A stretch of DNA of 57,340 bases, taken from IMG/VR virus record IMGVR_UViG_3300030102_001647, positions 1-57,340 of that record. The stretch is one strand, 5' to 3'. Below the pieces are notes generated by a model that was not told the origin of the DNA, did no database searches, and worked only from the letters and a program-made list of their open reading frames with translations. Positions 10,120 through 20,131 of the stretch are shown here, piece by piece; the stretch's first letter is position 1; every line of letters starts with the position of its first letter. This DNA comes from a virus (lineage: Duplodnaviria; Caudoviricetes). The position numbers and the translations under genes are program-made.

Positions 10120-13100
10120 ATGGTAGTAAGTTATAGGTCACAGACATTTCAAGATGCCTTTAAAGAAGCTGAAGATTTAATAGAGCTTGGTAATATTGCA
10201 TCACAAGATGATATGGAAGATTTTGTAAAGTCTAAAGGAATGGACTTGCAAGATTATGCTGACGCTTATTATAAATTTGAAGATGCTAAAAAAGCAGGTG
10301 AAACAGATTTTAGAGCTATAGGAGATTTTACACCTGTTGCTGCTCCTATACGTACAGTAGGTAGATTTGTAGGTGAGGTTGGTGAAGGTGTAGGTACTTT
10401 AGCAGATTTAGTTACTGGAGGATATGCGTCAGATGTAGGAGAAACTGTAGCTGAGTTATTGCCTGAAAGACTTCAAGAGTTTGGTAATGAAATATTTGAC
10501 CCTTATCATGGTGATAGCTATTTAGGAGCAGCAGAAGACATTACAGGTACTATAGGTTCTTATATTGCAGGTGGTGGTTTACTTCTTAAGGGAGCAGGTT
10601 TTGCAGCAAAAACTGTTCGAGGTTTGACTAGTGCTAAAAAAGTTACAAAGCCGGGAAGTAAATCTTTAATAACACAAAAATATAAAAACCTAAATAGAGA
10701 GGCTAGACGAAAAGCTGTTTCTAAAGCTAGGGCAAAACAAAAAGTAACTGAAGCAGGAAAAAAAGGTGTTGCTCTGGCAGGAGCTACTACTCTTATAGAC
10801 AGACCTGAAGACGGTATTGTTAATATGCTAGTAGATATGTTCCCAGAATCTACAGAGTATCTTGAGAGATTGTATGTTAATCCTGATGACAGCGAAGCCG
10901 AAGCTCTTCTTAAATCTTTTATAGGTAATCTTGGGATTGCTGTTCCTTTTGGAATGTTTACTTTAGCAGCAGCTTATAAAAAACCTATAGCCGCTGCTGC
11001 ATCTACTGGATTTAAACCTATAAAAGAGGCTGTAAAAGAATTACCTTACTTAAATAAACTACCTAGTTTAGGTGCTTACTTTAGTTCACGTTTAGGAACT
11101 GATGATACTATGCTTTCTCTTTTAGTTAAAGTTTCAAAAGGGACTGAAGCAGGTATTATACGTGCTGAAGGTTTAGCAGCTGATTTAGGCAGAGTTGCTC
11201 GTGAAGAGTATGGTGGTAAAAGTATTCCTAACAAAATAATGGATAAAGCTCTTAAAGGAGACACTGCTGCCTTAAACTCTTTAAAGCCTAAAACAAAAGA
11301 AATTATTTCTGAAATGCGTGACAACATTGATTCTTTAAGTAAAGAGGCTCGTTCAAGTGGAATTAAAGGTAAGTTTGGTGCTACTATTGATAAAGGTTTA
11401 GGAACTTATGTAACACGTAGTTATGATTTTTTTGATGATGCTTCTTTTAAAAAAGATATATTAGGAAAGTTTAAATCTTTTGTTAAGGATGGTAAAGATG
11501 AACAAGGAGTGTTTGGTGCAGCCTTAAATGATATTGTTAAAATGACAGGTCAGTCTTCTGATGAAGCTCTTATAACTCTTAGAAAAATGTTACGTGCTGA
11601 GTCTGATGATGCTATGGCTGAAAGTTTAGAAAACATTACTAAGTTTGGAAACTTTACTACTGTTAAAAGTGGACGAGAACGTAGCGAACTTCTTACAGAG
11701 TCTGGTAATATTAGGGCATTGTTAGGTGAGGTTAAAGACCCTTTTAAAAATTATGTTAAAACTGTAGGTAATTTATCACGCATTACTGCAGAACAAAAGT
11801 TCTTAGCAGGTACAGCTAAACATCTAAAGAGTAAGTTTGGTAATGAAACTGTTGAGGGTTTGTCTGACCTTACTCAAGTAGGAAGTAATAGATTATCTAA
11901 AATATTTGGGGCTAAGACGGGGTCAGTAACTAATCCTCTTGAAAATGTTTATGCTACTAAGGCTTATAAAAATGCTATTGAAGAGGGATTAAATGTAATT
12001 CAGTCTGATTCTTTTTTAGGTCAAGCATTTGCTAAATCAAAAGGTGTATCTCAAGCAATGAAAACAATTGCTAATCCTTCTACACATGGTAGAAATATAA
12101 TGGGTAACGCTATTCTTATGGCTGCTAATGGTATGATTCCTTTTATAGGAAAAGGAGGTATGAAAAGTTTAAGCACTACTTTTAATATGTTAGCAAATAA
12201 AACTAATAAAGAACTAGGTGAAAGGCTTGCTGAGTATACTGAGTTAGGTATTATTGGTAGTGGTGTTCAACAAAATGTTATTAAGAATAACTTAAAGAAA
12301 TATGCCAAAGACCCTGATGCAGCTTTGTTGTCTAGTATTTCAAAAGATGAGAATAAAGTATTAGGAGCAGCTAAAGTCATACCTAAAAAAGTTACCGAAC
12401 TTTATCAAGCTGAAGATGATATTTTTAAAATTGCTCACTATGAAAAAACTTTAGCTGCATTAAAGAAAAGTCCTAAATATAAAGACCAGCCTATTGAAGT
12501 GATTAAAGATGCTGCTGCTCAACGAACACGGGACATGATGCCTAATTATAATTTAGTTCCTAAAGCATTTAAAAATTTACGTGCTATGCCTGTGGGTGAC
12601 TTTATGGCTTTCCCTGCAGAAATGACTCGTGTCACTAAAAATTTAGTTAAGTATAGTGTGCAAGACCTTGCCAGTGGTGATGCTACTCTTATGAAAGAAG
12701 GGGCAAAGCGTTTAGCTGGCTTTACCACTATGGGTTATGCTCCATTATACTTCTCAGAAAAATCAAGAATTGCTAATGGTATAACTGATGACCAAGCAGA
12801 AGCTTTAGAAAATATAGGTAAAGATTGGGAGTTTAATCAAGATAAAATTTATTTATCTCCTATTACTAAAGATAAAAATAATCATCTAGGTGTTAAGTAT
12901 TTTAATTTAGGTCCGATTGACCCTTTTAGTTATTTAAAAACAGGCGCACAAACAGCACATGCTTTAATTGCTAATGGTATTATGGATGATGATGCTATTG
13001 CATATGAAACAGATAAGTTAGCACTAAGTACACTTGACCAAGTGTTTGGTCCTTTCTTAGCACCTTCTATGGTTACTGAAGCTTTAGTTACAGCGATTGC

Positions 13101-13785
13101 CCCCGGTCAGTATGGGGATAGCTTAGTTGAAGGAGCGTTAAACGATGGACTAGCAGACAGACTAGCACCTCTTGCTAAAACATTTACACCAGGATTTGTA
13201 GATTATATTATAAGAAGAAATGATTTTTATGAAAGTCAGGCTAAACAAGAGGGCATAGGTAGAGAAGCACTTAAAAAATTTGGAGCTACTTACAAAGAAT
13301 ATGAAATAGACATGCCAGCAGCAATGGGTCTTAAAAGAGATTACTTAGATATTACTGCTGGTCTAGCTTTTAATGTAGCACCTATTGTTAAAGAAACTAA
13401 AAATTCTATAGGTAAATTTAGAAGCACTTTAATGAAAGACCCTAATCTAAATGACCCTGATGAACTTACGATGATGTACTACGATTCACAGAAAAGAAAG
13501 TTTGAAACAATGCAACGTCTAAATAGTATTATTCAAGATTATAGAACAATTTTTGGGGAAAGAGATTTTTACGAAGAATTTGATAATGGTTTAACTACTG
13601 GTAGGAGGATGCCTAAAGACGAGGGAACTTATGCAATAATAAATCAAGCTAATGAAAATAAATTTAGCCCTGACCCTATACCTTTTGGGGATTACTTAGA
13701 TGTTACTAGACCAGCTTTAGATTTTAGAACATTAGAAAAATTAAGAAGAGACATGATAGGTCTTTCTTTAATGCCTACAGAATAA
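10120..13785 (+). CDS. Large internal virion/ejection protein (gp16-like position)
   Basis: 1221 aa, largely helical; last of the ejection genes. Confidence 0.6.
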   Translation: MVVSYRSQTFQDAFKEAEDLIELGNIASQDDMEDFVKSKGMDLQDYADAYYKFEDAKKAGETDFRAIGDFTPVAAPIRTVGRFVGEVGEGVGTLADLVTGGYASDVGETVAELLPERLQEFGNEIFDPYHGDSYLGAAEDITGTIGSYIAGGGLLLKGAGFAAKTVRGLTSAKKVTKPGSKSLITQKYKNLNREARRKAVSKARAKQKVTEAGKKGVALAGATTLIDRPEDGIVNMLVDMFPESTEYLERLYVNPDDSEAEALLKSFIGNLGIAVPFGMFTLAAAYKKPIAAAASTGFKPIKEAVKELPYLNKLPSLGAYFSSRLGTDDTMLSLLVKVSKGTEAGIIRAEGLAADLGRVAREEYGGKSIPNKIMDKALKGDTAALNSLKPKTKEIISEMRDNIDSLSKEARSSGIKGKFGATIDKGLGTYVTRSYDFFDDASFKKDILGKFKSFVKDGKDEQGVFGAALNDIVKMTGQSSDEALITLRKMLRAESDDAMAESLENITKFGNFTTVKSGRERSELLTESGNIRALLGEVKDPFKNYVKTVGNLSRITAEQKFLAGTAKHLKSKFGNETVEGLSDLTQVGSNRLSKIFGAKTGSVTNPLENVYATKAYKNAIEEGLNVIQSDSFLGQAFAKSKGVSQAMKTIANPSTHGRNIMGNAILMAANGMIPFIGKGGMKSLSTTFNMLANKTNKELGERLAEYTELGIIGSGVQQNVIKNNLKKYAKDPDAALLSSISKDENKVLGAAKVIPKKVTELYQAEDDIFKIAHYEKTLAALKKSPKYKDQPIEVIKDAAAQRTRDMMPNYNLVPKAFKNLRAMPVGDFMAFPAEMTRVTKNLVKYSVQDLASGDATLMKEGAKRLAGFTTMGYAPLYFSEKSRIANGITDDQAEALENIGKDWEFNQDKIYLSPITKDKNNHLGVKYFNLGPIDPFSYLKTGAQTAHALIANGIMDDDAIAYETDKLALSTLDQVFGPFLAPSMVTEALVTAIAPGQYGDSLVEGALNDGLADRLAPLAKTFTPGFVDYIIRRNDFYESQAKQEGIGREALKKFGATYKEYEIDMPAAMGLKRDYLDITAGLAFNVAPIVKETKNSIGKFRSTLMKDPNLNDPDELTMMYYDSQKRKFETMQRLNSIIQDYRTIFGERDFYEEFDNGLTTGRRMPKDEGTYAIINQANENKFSPDPIPFGDYLDVTRPALDFRTLEKLRRDMIGLSLMPTE

Positions 13786-13795
13786 AGGATTTAAC

Positions 13796-14221
13796 ATGGA
13801 GTATAACAAGGAGAAACTAATTGACCTTATCATCTATCACGAAGGGTTGGAACTTAAACCTTACAGATGTACAGCTGGGCATCTCACGATTGGAATTGGG
13901 CGTAATCTTGATGACCGTGGTATTACTGAAGACGAAGCCCGTTTTCTATGTAAGAACGATATTGAGATTGTTGAGCGAGAGCTTGTTAGAAAGTTTCCTT
14001 TTGTTGTGGGGCTTAGTGAGGTACGCATTAGGGTTCTTCTTGATATGGCTTTTAATCTTGGGATACCTCGTCTATCTGCCTTTTCAAATATGTGGGGAGC
14101 TTTGGAAGATGGAGACTACAAAAAAGCAGCGATGGAAATGCTCGACTCAAGATGGGCAAGCCAAGTCAAACGAAGAGCCTACAAGCTTGCACAAATGATG
14201 GAGACAGGAGAAGACGAATAA
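13796..14221 (+). CDS. Endolysin, T4-type lysozyme (GH24)
   Basis: HEGLELKPYRCTAGHLTIGIGRNL, DMAFNLG and EMLDSRWASQV motifs. Confidence 0.9.
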   Translation: MEYNKEKLIDLIIYHEGLELKPYRCTAGHLTIGIGRNLDDRGITEDEARFLCKNDIEIVERELVRKFPFVVGLSEVRIRVLLDMAFNLGIPRLSAFSNMWGALEDGDYKKAAMEMLDSRWASQVKRRAYKLAQMMETGEDE

Positions 14222-14589
14222 TGTTACAAGGATTACTAGGACCAATCGCAGGACTAGCTGGTACGTGGTTAGAAGGTAGACAAAAGAAAGCAGAAGCAAA
14301 GCAAAGACTAGAGCTTGCAAAGCTAGAGGGCGCAGCTAAACATGCAGCCAGTGAATCAGCTTGGGAAGAGAAAGCTATGACTGCTTCAGCAGACTCGTGG
14401 AAAGACGAGTTGTGGACGATTTTTTTCGTCGGGATGCTATGTGCATGTTTCTATCCACCAGCACAGCCATACATAGCAGAAGGTTTTAGATTTTTAAGAG
14501 AGGATTGTCCAGAGTGGTTAAGCTGGGGAATCCTTGTATCAATCGGCGCAAGCTTTGGTGTTAAATCAATAGGTGCTTTTAGAAAGTAG
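14221..14589 (+). CDS. Putative holin
   Basis: Start at TAATG overlap with the lysin stop; SWKDE motif and two to three hydrophobic segments; basic C-terminus. Confidence 0.6.
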   Translation: MLQGLLGPIAGLAGTWLEGRQKKAEAKQRLELAKLEGAAKHAASESAWEEKAMTASADSWKDELWTIFFVGMLCACFYPPAQPYIAEGFRFLREDCPEWLSWGILVSIGASFGVKSIGAFRK

Positions 14590-14600
14590 GAGTAGGTACA

Positions 14601-15293
14601 ATGGGAAGAGCAATGATGGGTGCATCAACAAATGTTATGACACCGGAACAAGCAAAGCAAATGAGCATGACAAAGAATGTTAAGCCTCCTGCACTTCAAA
14701 ATGCAATTGACCAAGCAATTTCAACAGGACAGAATGTTCAATATACTCCAGATTTTAGTTCTACGGGTGGGTTAAGTACATCTTTTTCTAAAGCACCTGA
14801 ACCATATGTGCCTGAGTCTGCTAAAGCAGCAGGTGCATTGTATGAGGCAGGTGTAGCACCGTCAATTATTAGAACAATGACTAATGAGTCTTCTTCTTTT
14901 GACCCTGTTGCATACAGGAATCAGTTTAAATCTGACAGCAGTGGGTTGGCTAGTGTTGCTCAACCTACTCCACCACCTCAAGAAGCCGCTACATTTAATC
15001 CTTCACGAGGTAAGGGTGAGTTTTCTCCTAGACAACAGATGCCTAGCTTTTATCAACAACCTATGGGTATGATGGCACAACCTTTTAATCCTATGGGGTA
15101 TGGTCCTATGGGTATGTTTATGAATCCTTATGGTGGATTAGGAGGCATATCTTACAACTTTATGAATAGACAAATGCCTAACTTTAGTATGGGTACTCCA
15201 TTTACTGCAGGTCAATACCAAGCACCAGAACCAATTAAAAATCCAATGGTAAACGCAGCTAGTAGTTTTTTCGGTGGGTTTGGTTTTTACTAA
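14601..15293 (+). CDS. Low-complexity Pro/Gln/Met/Gly-rich hypothetical protein
   Basis: AGGAG RBS; last gene of the plus arm. Confidence 0.6.
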   Translation: MGRAMMGASTNVMTPEQAKQMSMTKNVKPPALQNAIDQAISTGQNVQYTPDFSSTGGLSTSFSKAPEPYVPESAKAAGALYEAGVAPSIIRTMTNESSSFDPVAYRNQFKSDSSGLASVAQPTPPPQEAATFNPSRGKGEFSPRQQMPSFYQQPMGMMAQPFNPMGYGPMGMFMNPYGGLGGISYNFMNRQMPNFSMGTPFTAGQYQAPEPIKNPMVNAASSFFGGFGFY

Positions 15294-16309
15294 ACAGCAT
15301 CAATCATTTCTTGAATCATAGTCTCAAAGGTGTATTTGGGTTTCCATCCAAGCACCTTTTTTGCTTTTGAGGCATCGCCTAATAGTTGGTCAACTTCTGA
15401 TGGTCTGTAAAACTCAGGGTTAATATCTACAACAAGGTTATCGTAGTGGTCATAACCTTTCTCATCAACTCCTTCACCTTCCCAACGTATATTTATAAAG
15501 TCTATCTTTTTAAAACATAGTTCTACTAACTCACGAACAGAGTGCATCTCACCTGTAGCTAATACATAGTCATCGCCATGTTCATGCTGCACCATTTTAT
15601 ACATACCTTCTACATAATCTTTTGCATGTCCCCAATCACGTTGAGCATCTAAGTTACCTAAACTAATCTTATCTTTCTTTCCTGATATAACATCTGCTAC
15701 GCCCTTAACAATCTTTTGTGTAACAAACTCATCACCACGCCAAGGTGACTCGTGGTTAAATAATATACCATTAGAACCATGTAGACCATAGGCTTCACGA
15801 TAATTCCTAACTGTCCAGTAAGAGAACAACTTAGCAACGCCATAAGGTGAGCGAGGATAGAATGGTGTTGTCTCTGTCTGTGGAACTTCTTGTACTTTGC
15901 CGTATAGTTCAGAAGTAGATGCCTGATAGAATCGTGTTGTCTCTAACATGTCTAGTGTACGCATACATTCTAACAGCCTGAGAGTACCAAGACCATCAAC
16001 ATCGGCTGTATATTCTGGTATATCAAACGATACACGGACATGTGACTGTGCGCCTAAGTTATATACCTCGTCAAATTGATAGGTTGCGAACAGCTTCATA
16101 AGACATCCTGTGTCTGTCAAATCACCATAATGTAGGGAAAGGTTAGGATGATTTAGAATATGCTCTATACGCCTCATATTTGCCCCAGCAGAGCGTCTTC
16201 TCAATGCGTGTACATCATATCCCATATCAAGCAAAAGCTCTGCTAGGTAGCCTCCATCTTGTCCTGTGATGCCTGTTACAAATGCAGTCTTATTTGTCTT
16301 TATCTTCAT
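15290..16309 (-). CDS. gmd: GDP-mannose 4,6-dehydratase
   Basis: [36 protein letters not shown] and RDWGHAKDY motifs; start placed at MKIKTNK. Confidence 0.95.
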   Translation of the reverse strand: MKIKTNKTAFVTGITGQDGGYLAELLLDMGYDVHALRRRSAGANMRRIEHILNHPNLSLHYGDLTDTGCLMKLFATYQFDEVYNLGAQSHVRVSFDIPEYTADVDGLGTLRLLECMRTLDMLETTRFYQASTSELYGKVQEVPQTETTPFYPRSPYGVAKLFSYWTVRNYREAYGLHGSNGILFNHESPWRGDEFVTQKIVKGVADVISGKKDKISLGNLDAQRDWGHAKDYVEGMYKMVQHEHGDDYVLATGEMHSVRELVELCFKKIDFINIRWEGEGVDEKGYDHYDNLVVDINPEFYRPSEVDQLLGDASKAKKVLGWKPKYTFETMIQEMIDAV

Positions 16310-16409
16310 TAATCCATGCCTGTATTTGTTTTCTGAATGAACGTACATCATATAACAGCCAGCATAGAGGTACAAGACACAAAGCTAATAGTATAATTTC
16401 AATCTTCAT
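16290..16409 (-). CDS. 39-aa membrane peptide
   Basis: [39 protein letters not shown] bridges terS and gmd, overlapping both. Confidence 0.45.
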   Translation of the reverse strand: MKIEIILLALCLVPLCWLLYDVRSFRKQIQAWINEDKDK

Positions 16410-16845
16410 CTTCTATTTCCTCGTCTTGAAAATCCTCTGGAAAGGTTTCCATAAGTAGTTCGTAAATCTTTTCTTTTCCGATAACCTGCATTGCTCCTCG
16501 TATCTCTCCTTCAAGAGAATCAATGTCATCTGAGCTTTCATCTTCGGCGTTATTACCCCTAACTCTTGACAATAGTTCAAGTGCTTTAAGCGCAGTCTGC
16601 CCGTGTCCCTGAGACTTGGCTGCCTCATATTGTTTCTCCAGTTCCTCAATGACATCAACGTCCGTAGTAAACTCACCTTCTAACTCCTTAATTCTTTCCT
16701 TGACATCCTCACGTTGTAGTAAGTTGTATCCTTGATTGTAAGCAGAGCGTTCACTGTATCCTGCTGCCTCTGCTGATTTAGTAGCATTACGACTAACAAC
16801 ATAATGCTGACAAAACTTTTCTTGCTTCTCCTTTAACTCTGGCAT
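16399..16845 (-). CDS. terS: Terminase small subunit
   Basis: LKEKQEKFCQHY...NATKSAEAAGYSERSAYNQGYNLL HTH signature. Confidence 0.8.
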   Translation of the reverse strand: MPELKEKQEKFCQHYVVSRNATKSAEAAGYSERSAYNQGYNLLQREDVKERIKELEGEFTTDVDVIEELEKQYEAAKSQGHGQTALKALELLSRVRGNNAEDESSDDIDSLEGEIRGAMQVIGKEKIYELLMETFPEDFQDEEIEDED

Positions 16846-19124
16846 TCTTCCTCCGCAAAAGTTCTATATTTATTTTTGTAGAAAGATTGTTCCCATAGTT
16901 GAGCAACTAAACTGTCTTTACCATAATATCTAATGTTTAATTGTAGTGCGTGTTCTTCCCACATTTTTTCTAAGTCTTGAGCAAGTGCTAATAGTTCACC
17001 AGTTGTAAAGAATTTTTTACCACCTGTTTCTACATGTATATATTTAGGATTACCTGCCTCGTCTTTCAATTCCTTTTGTTCCTCTGTTACATTAGGTATA
17101 CTACAATCAAAACCAAATAGGTGAATATTATGATACCCTAAAGTATCCAGCATTCCTATTGTTCTTGTTGCTGCTGCCGTGCCGCCAGATATTAAAACTG
17201 CTCCGTCTTTTATACCAGACTTTTTATCAATAACTACTTTATCTGTAATTGATTCATCACGAATACCATTTGTAAAAGCATGGAAGCCACGTATCTTATC
17301 TGTCTTACTCATAATGTGACGAGTAACAGAAGGGTCTGTCATTGATGCAATATAGAATACAGTTTCTTCTGGTATTGTTTCAAACAGTTCGGTTCTTTTT
17401 ACACCGTGTGTACTTATACCTTCAATAGGTCTAGGGTCAAGGACAAGACAAGCATCAGGAATAATATCCTTCTCTATAAGTTTAGGAAGTGCGTGTTTAA
17501 CACACCATATTTTTGCATTATACTTTTTCTTTACACGTTTTAAATTTTTAAAATCTATTACACCTCCAGACACAACAGCCACATGTTCGTCTGTAGGTTT
17601 ATATTTTTTTACTAAATCATAGTTACTAATAAGCTCTAGGTTTTCTTTTATATTAGCACGTATGTAATCGCTAGGAACGCAGTCTTTAGGCTTAACAACT
17701 ATTGGAGTTCTAATTAGTTGTTGTGGTAATTCCTTTACTTCTTTTTTAAGCAGCACCGCTAGATGAACATGAGAACCAAAAGCTGTCATGTCGCTAGAAG
17801 GTAAAACATATTTGTTTCTTTCTGTAGCTTCTTCAAATGTTTTAATAATACCTGAGTGTTCCTCTGGAACTTCTTTATCATCATCGTGAAAGCTGTAGTA
17901 ATCATCAAACACAACTATAGGTACTTGTCTAAGATACTTGTAGTCACTAGACACTGTGTCATAAGAATGACCGCCATCAATATATGCAAGGTCTACATCA
18001 TTAAACTGATGTGAGTCCATAGTAATTTTGGTATCGCCTTTGTATAGAGTAAATGTAAATCCCTTGCCGTTCTCTTTCATCTTCTGAGAGAATTCTCTTA
18101 GCCTATTACTAACTGCATTGTATGCGTTATGCTGTTTAATGTTTAACTCAATTCTATCTGTTTCTTCTGTAGCATCTTCAAACAAATCAAAGCCACGATA
18201 ATGTACACTATCTACATTCTCGAAAGCAGCTAGAGCCATTTCAATAGCCCTGCCACCATTCCAAGTTCCTGTCTCAACAATAGAGAAAGAGGACAGTCCT
18301 TCACTGTAACTACGAACTATATCTGCTAGTTGTTTATATCTTTTTGGTCCTTGAATATCTTTAGATACTGTGTCTAACTTAGGCTTATCGTATTTTAAAT
18401 TTCCTTTGTTATGTATAAAGTAATCTTTTAGAGCAGAGTTTTCAAAGACTGCTAGTCCACGAACACCTTCTGATAGGTTGTGTGTTTTAGTTCCATGTGC
18501 TTTGTAAATATTTAACAAGCGTTCAAATACAAAAGAGTCTGTCCATTCACGATAAGCCAACACCTCGTTGGTATCATATGCACCTCTAATATCTACAAGC
18601 ATAGACACTGCGTTGTGCATACCCATATTCCATCCGACAAAACCTGTTTCACTGTAGTCAATATCAATACGTCCAAGGTGAACCACATCACTATCATCTG
18701 GTAATATTTTAGCGGCATCTTCTGCTGTAAATTTTGTAGTTGTAATTGTATCTGCGTCTAACCAAACCAACCAGCTTGAGTATTCTTGGTCTATAAGTTC
18801 GTAGGCTAAGTCTGTATAAGCATATACTTTATGGCAGAATCTTATAGCATCCATTCGATAGTTATAAGGTGCTTCTGCGTAACGCCCATTCTTATCTTTG
18901 TTACGAGTTATAAAATCTTGTCTAGCTTTTAGTTTGTCTAAATCTCTGTATTCAATAAAGCTTGCCTCTGGTACGTCTGGTTTCTCAGAACCAAAGCCAT
19001 CATAATACACAACCAATCTAAAGTCGTCTGGATTCCAGTTATCTACAACTGACTCTAGCATTTGCTTTGCATACAAATCAAAATGCTCTTTGTTAAAAGC
19101 TGTTACAAAAGTATATTTACTCAT
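16833..19124 (-). CDS. Three-domain enzyme: GT-A glycosyltransferase + class I SAM methyltransferase + MAF_flag10/DUF115-like domain
   Basis: WLDAD (DxD) and RFCHKVYA; IVETGTWNG, IDGGHS, VFDDY; VVSGG, LVLDPR, IHLFGFDCS. Confidence 0.7.
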   Translation of the reverse strand: MSKYTFVTAFNKEHFDLYAKQMLESVVDNWNPDDFRLVVYYDGFGSEKPDVPEASFIEYRDLDKLKARQDFITRNKDKNGRYAEAPYNYRMDAIRFCHKVYAYTDLAYELIDQEYSSWLVWLDADTITTTKFTAEDAAKILPDDSDVVHLGRIDIDYSETGFVGWNMGMHNAVSMLVDIRGAYDTNEVLAYREWTDSFVFERLLNIYKAHGTKTHNLSEGVRGLAVFENSALKDYFIHNKGNLKYDKPKLDTVSKDIQGPKRYKQLADIVRSYSEGLSSFSIVETGTWNGGRAIEMALAAFENVDSVHYRGFDLFEDATEETDRIELNIKQHNAYNAVSNRLREFSQKMKENGKGFTFTLYKGDTKITMDSHQFNDVDLAYIDGGHSYDTVSSDYKYLRQVPIVVFDDYYSFHDDDKEVPEEHSGIIKTFEEATERNKYVLPSSDMTAFGSHVHLAVLLKKEVKELPQQLIRTPIVVKPKDCVPSDYIRANIKENLELISNYDLVKKYKPTDEHVAVVSGGVIDFKNLKRVKKKYNAKIWCVKHALPKLIEKDIIPDACLVLDPRPIEGISTHGVKRTELFETIPEETVFYIASMTDPSVTRHIMSKTDKIRGFHAFTNGIRDESITDKVVIDKKSGIKDGAVLISGGTAAATRTIGMLDTLGYHNIHLFGFDCSIPNVTEEQKELKDEAGNPKYIHVETGGKKFFTTGELLALAQDLEKMWEEHALQLNIRYYGKDSLVAQLWEQSFYKNKYRTFAEEECQS

Positions 19125-19891
19125 CCAAGTGACTCCATTAATTTTTCTGTATATATTTTATCTTGGAATAGTTTCCATTCAAAGGAATACTCCTCGTCTA
19201 TTTTTCTTTTAGCTTCCCATTTATCAAACCAAGGACCACCTGTGGTGAAGTGTACGTTCTTTGCTTCTATGTTTGCAGGGCTGTGTCCGTCTAGCCAGTT
19301 CCATTCTTCGTGTATATCGCCTATCTCATCGTCTTGTAGCCAAGACAATCTATGTAACCAACCACCAGACTTTAGGTTAACATCGTCAACAGTAAGCTCT
19401 TTTGTTTTTTCATGGTCACAATTAAATAACATAAAGCTAGACCAGTTCTTTCTATGGTATTGTGTCTGGACAACTCCATCCATCTTCTTACCTACATCAG
19501 GAGTATACTTGTGTTTAACACAAGAGACTGCATACTCTTTCCTGCTACCATACTGGTCAAAGATTTGTTCGATGTCAGCACGTACAAACATATCAGAGTC
19601 CATAAATAATGCAAGACCTGTGTATTGATTTAAAGCAGGTACTAAAAATCTTGTGAATGTAAAGTCAGTGCTGAATGGCTTCCTGTCAAAGTAGTCTATC
19701 TTCTGTCGAGGATTACTCTCATCAACAAAAATAGTTCTACGGAATAGTCCTGCACGACGCAGCGCAGGTTCTATCAGAGGTACGATAGGAAACTTATCGC
19801 AATACTTTCTTATTGAACACATCAAAACCTCGTAAGCCTGATGGTCACGAGGGTCATAACCTATATAGATTGTAGGTTTTTTATTAAACAT
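19121..19891 (-). CDS. Glycosyltransferase (GT-A, GT8-like)
   Basis: IYIGYDPR, STDFTFTRFLVP, FMDSDM, RKNWSS, EWNWL and HFTTGGPW motifs. Confidence 0.85.
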   Translation of the reverse strand: MFNKKPTIYIGYDPRDHQAYEVLMCSIRKYCDKFPIVPLIEPALRRAGLFRRTIFVDESNPRQKIDYFDRKPFSTDFTFTRFLVPALNQYTGLALFMDSDMFVRADIEQIFDQYGSRKEYAVSCVKHKYTPDVGKKMDGVVQTQYHRKNWSSFMLFNCDHEKTKELTVDDVNLKSGGWLHRLSWLQDDEIGDIHEEWNWLDGHSPANIEAKNVHFTTGGPWFDKWEAKRKIDEEYSFEWKLFQDKIYTEKLMESLG

Positions 19892-20054
19892 CGTCAGGTA
19901 AATCTATAGATTCCAAATCTTCTGGTGTCGTTGTTTGTGCTACGCTTTGTATTTTTTTAATAACATCAATAGATACTTTAGCTGGCAACTCTCCCAGACC
20001 TGCTAAAATAACGTTAAGTTCTTCTGTAGTAAATGTTAATGTCCATGTTTTCAT
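19884..20054 (-). CDS. 56-aa hypothetical protein
   Basis: AGGAG RBS; MKTWTLTFTTEELNVILAGLGELPAKVSIDVIKKIQ...; overlaps the GT start. Confidence 0.65.
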   Translation of the reverse strand: MKTWTLTFTTEELNVILAGLGELPAKVSIDVIKKIQSVAQTTTPEDLESIDLPDDV

Positions 20055-20065
20055 TGTGTTCTCCT

Positions 20066-20127
20066 AAAAAAAAATAAAGCGGTAGCTGACCTAGAGAGAG
20101 AGGAAAGGAGGCACAGCCAGCTACCAC
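20066..20127 (-). ncRNA. Candidate small RNA / attenuator hairpin with anti-SD loop and U tail
   Basis: GUGGUAGCUGGCU...GGUCAGCUACCGC stem (wobble pairs work only on the minus strand), loop containing CCUCCUUUCCUCUCUCUCU, followed by UUUAUUUUUUUUU. Confidence 0.6.
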
Positions 20128-20131
20128 AATA

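Noticed and set aside
16309-16401. terS-gmd readthrough fusion
   Set aside because: The frames differ; the gap is explained by a 39-aa overlapping ORF
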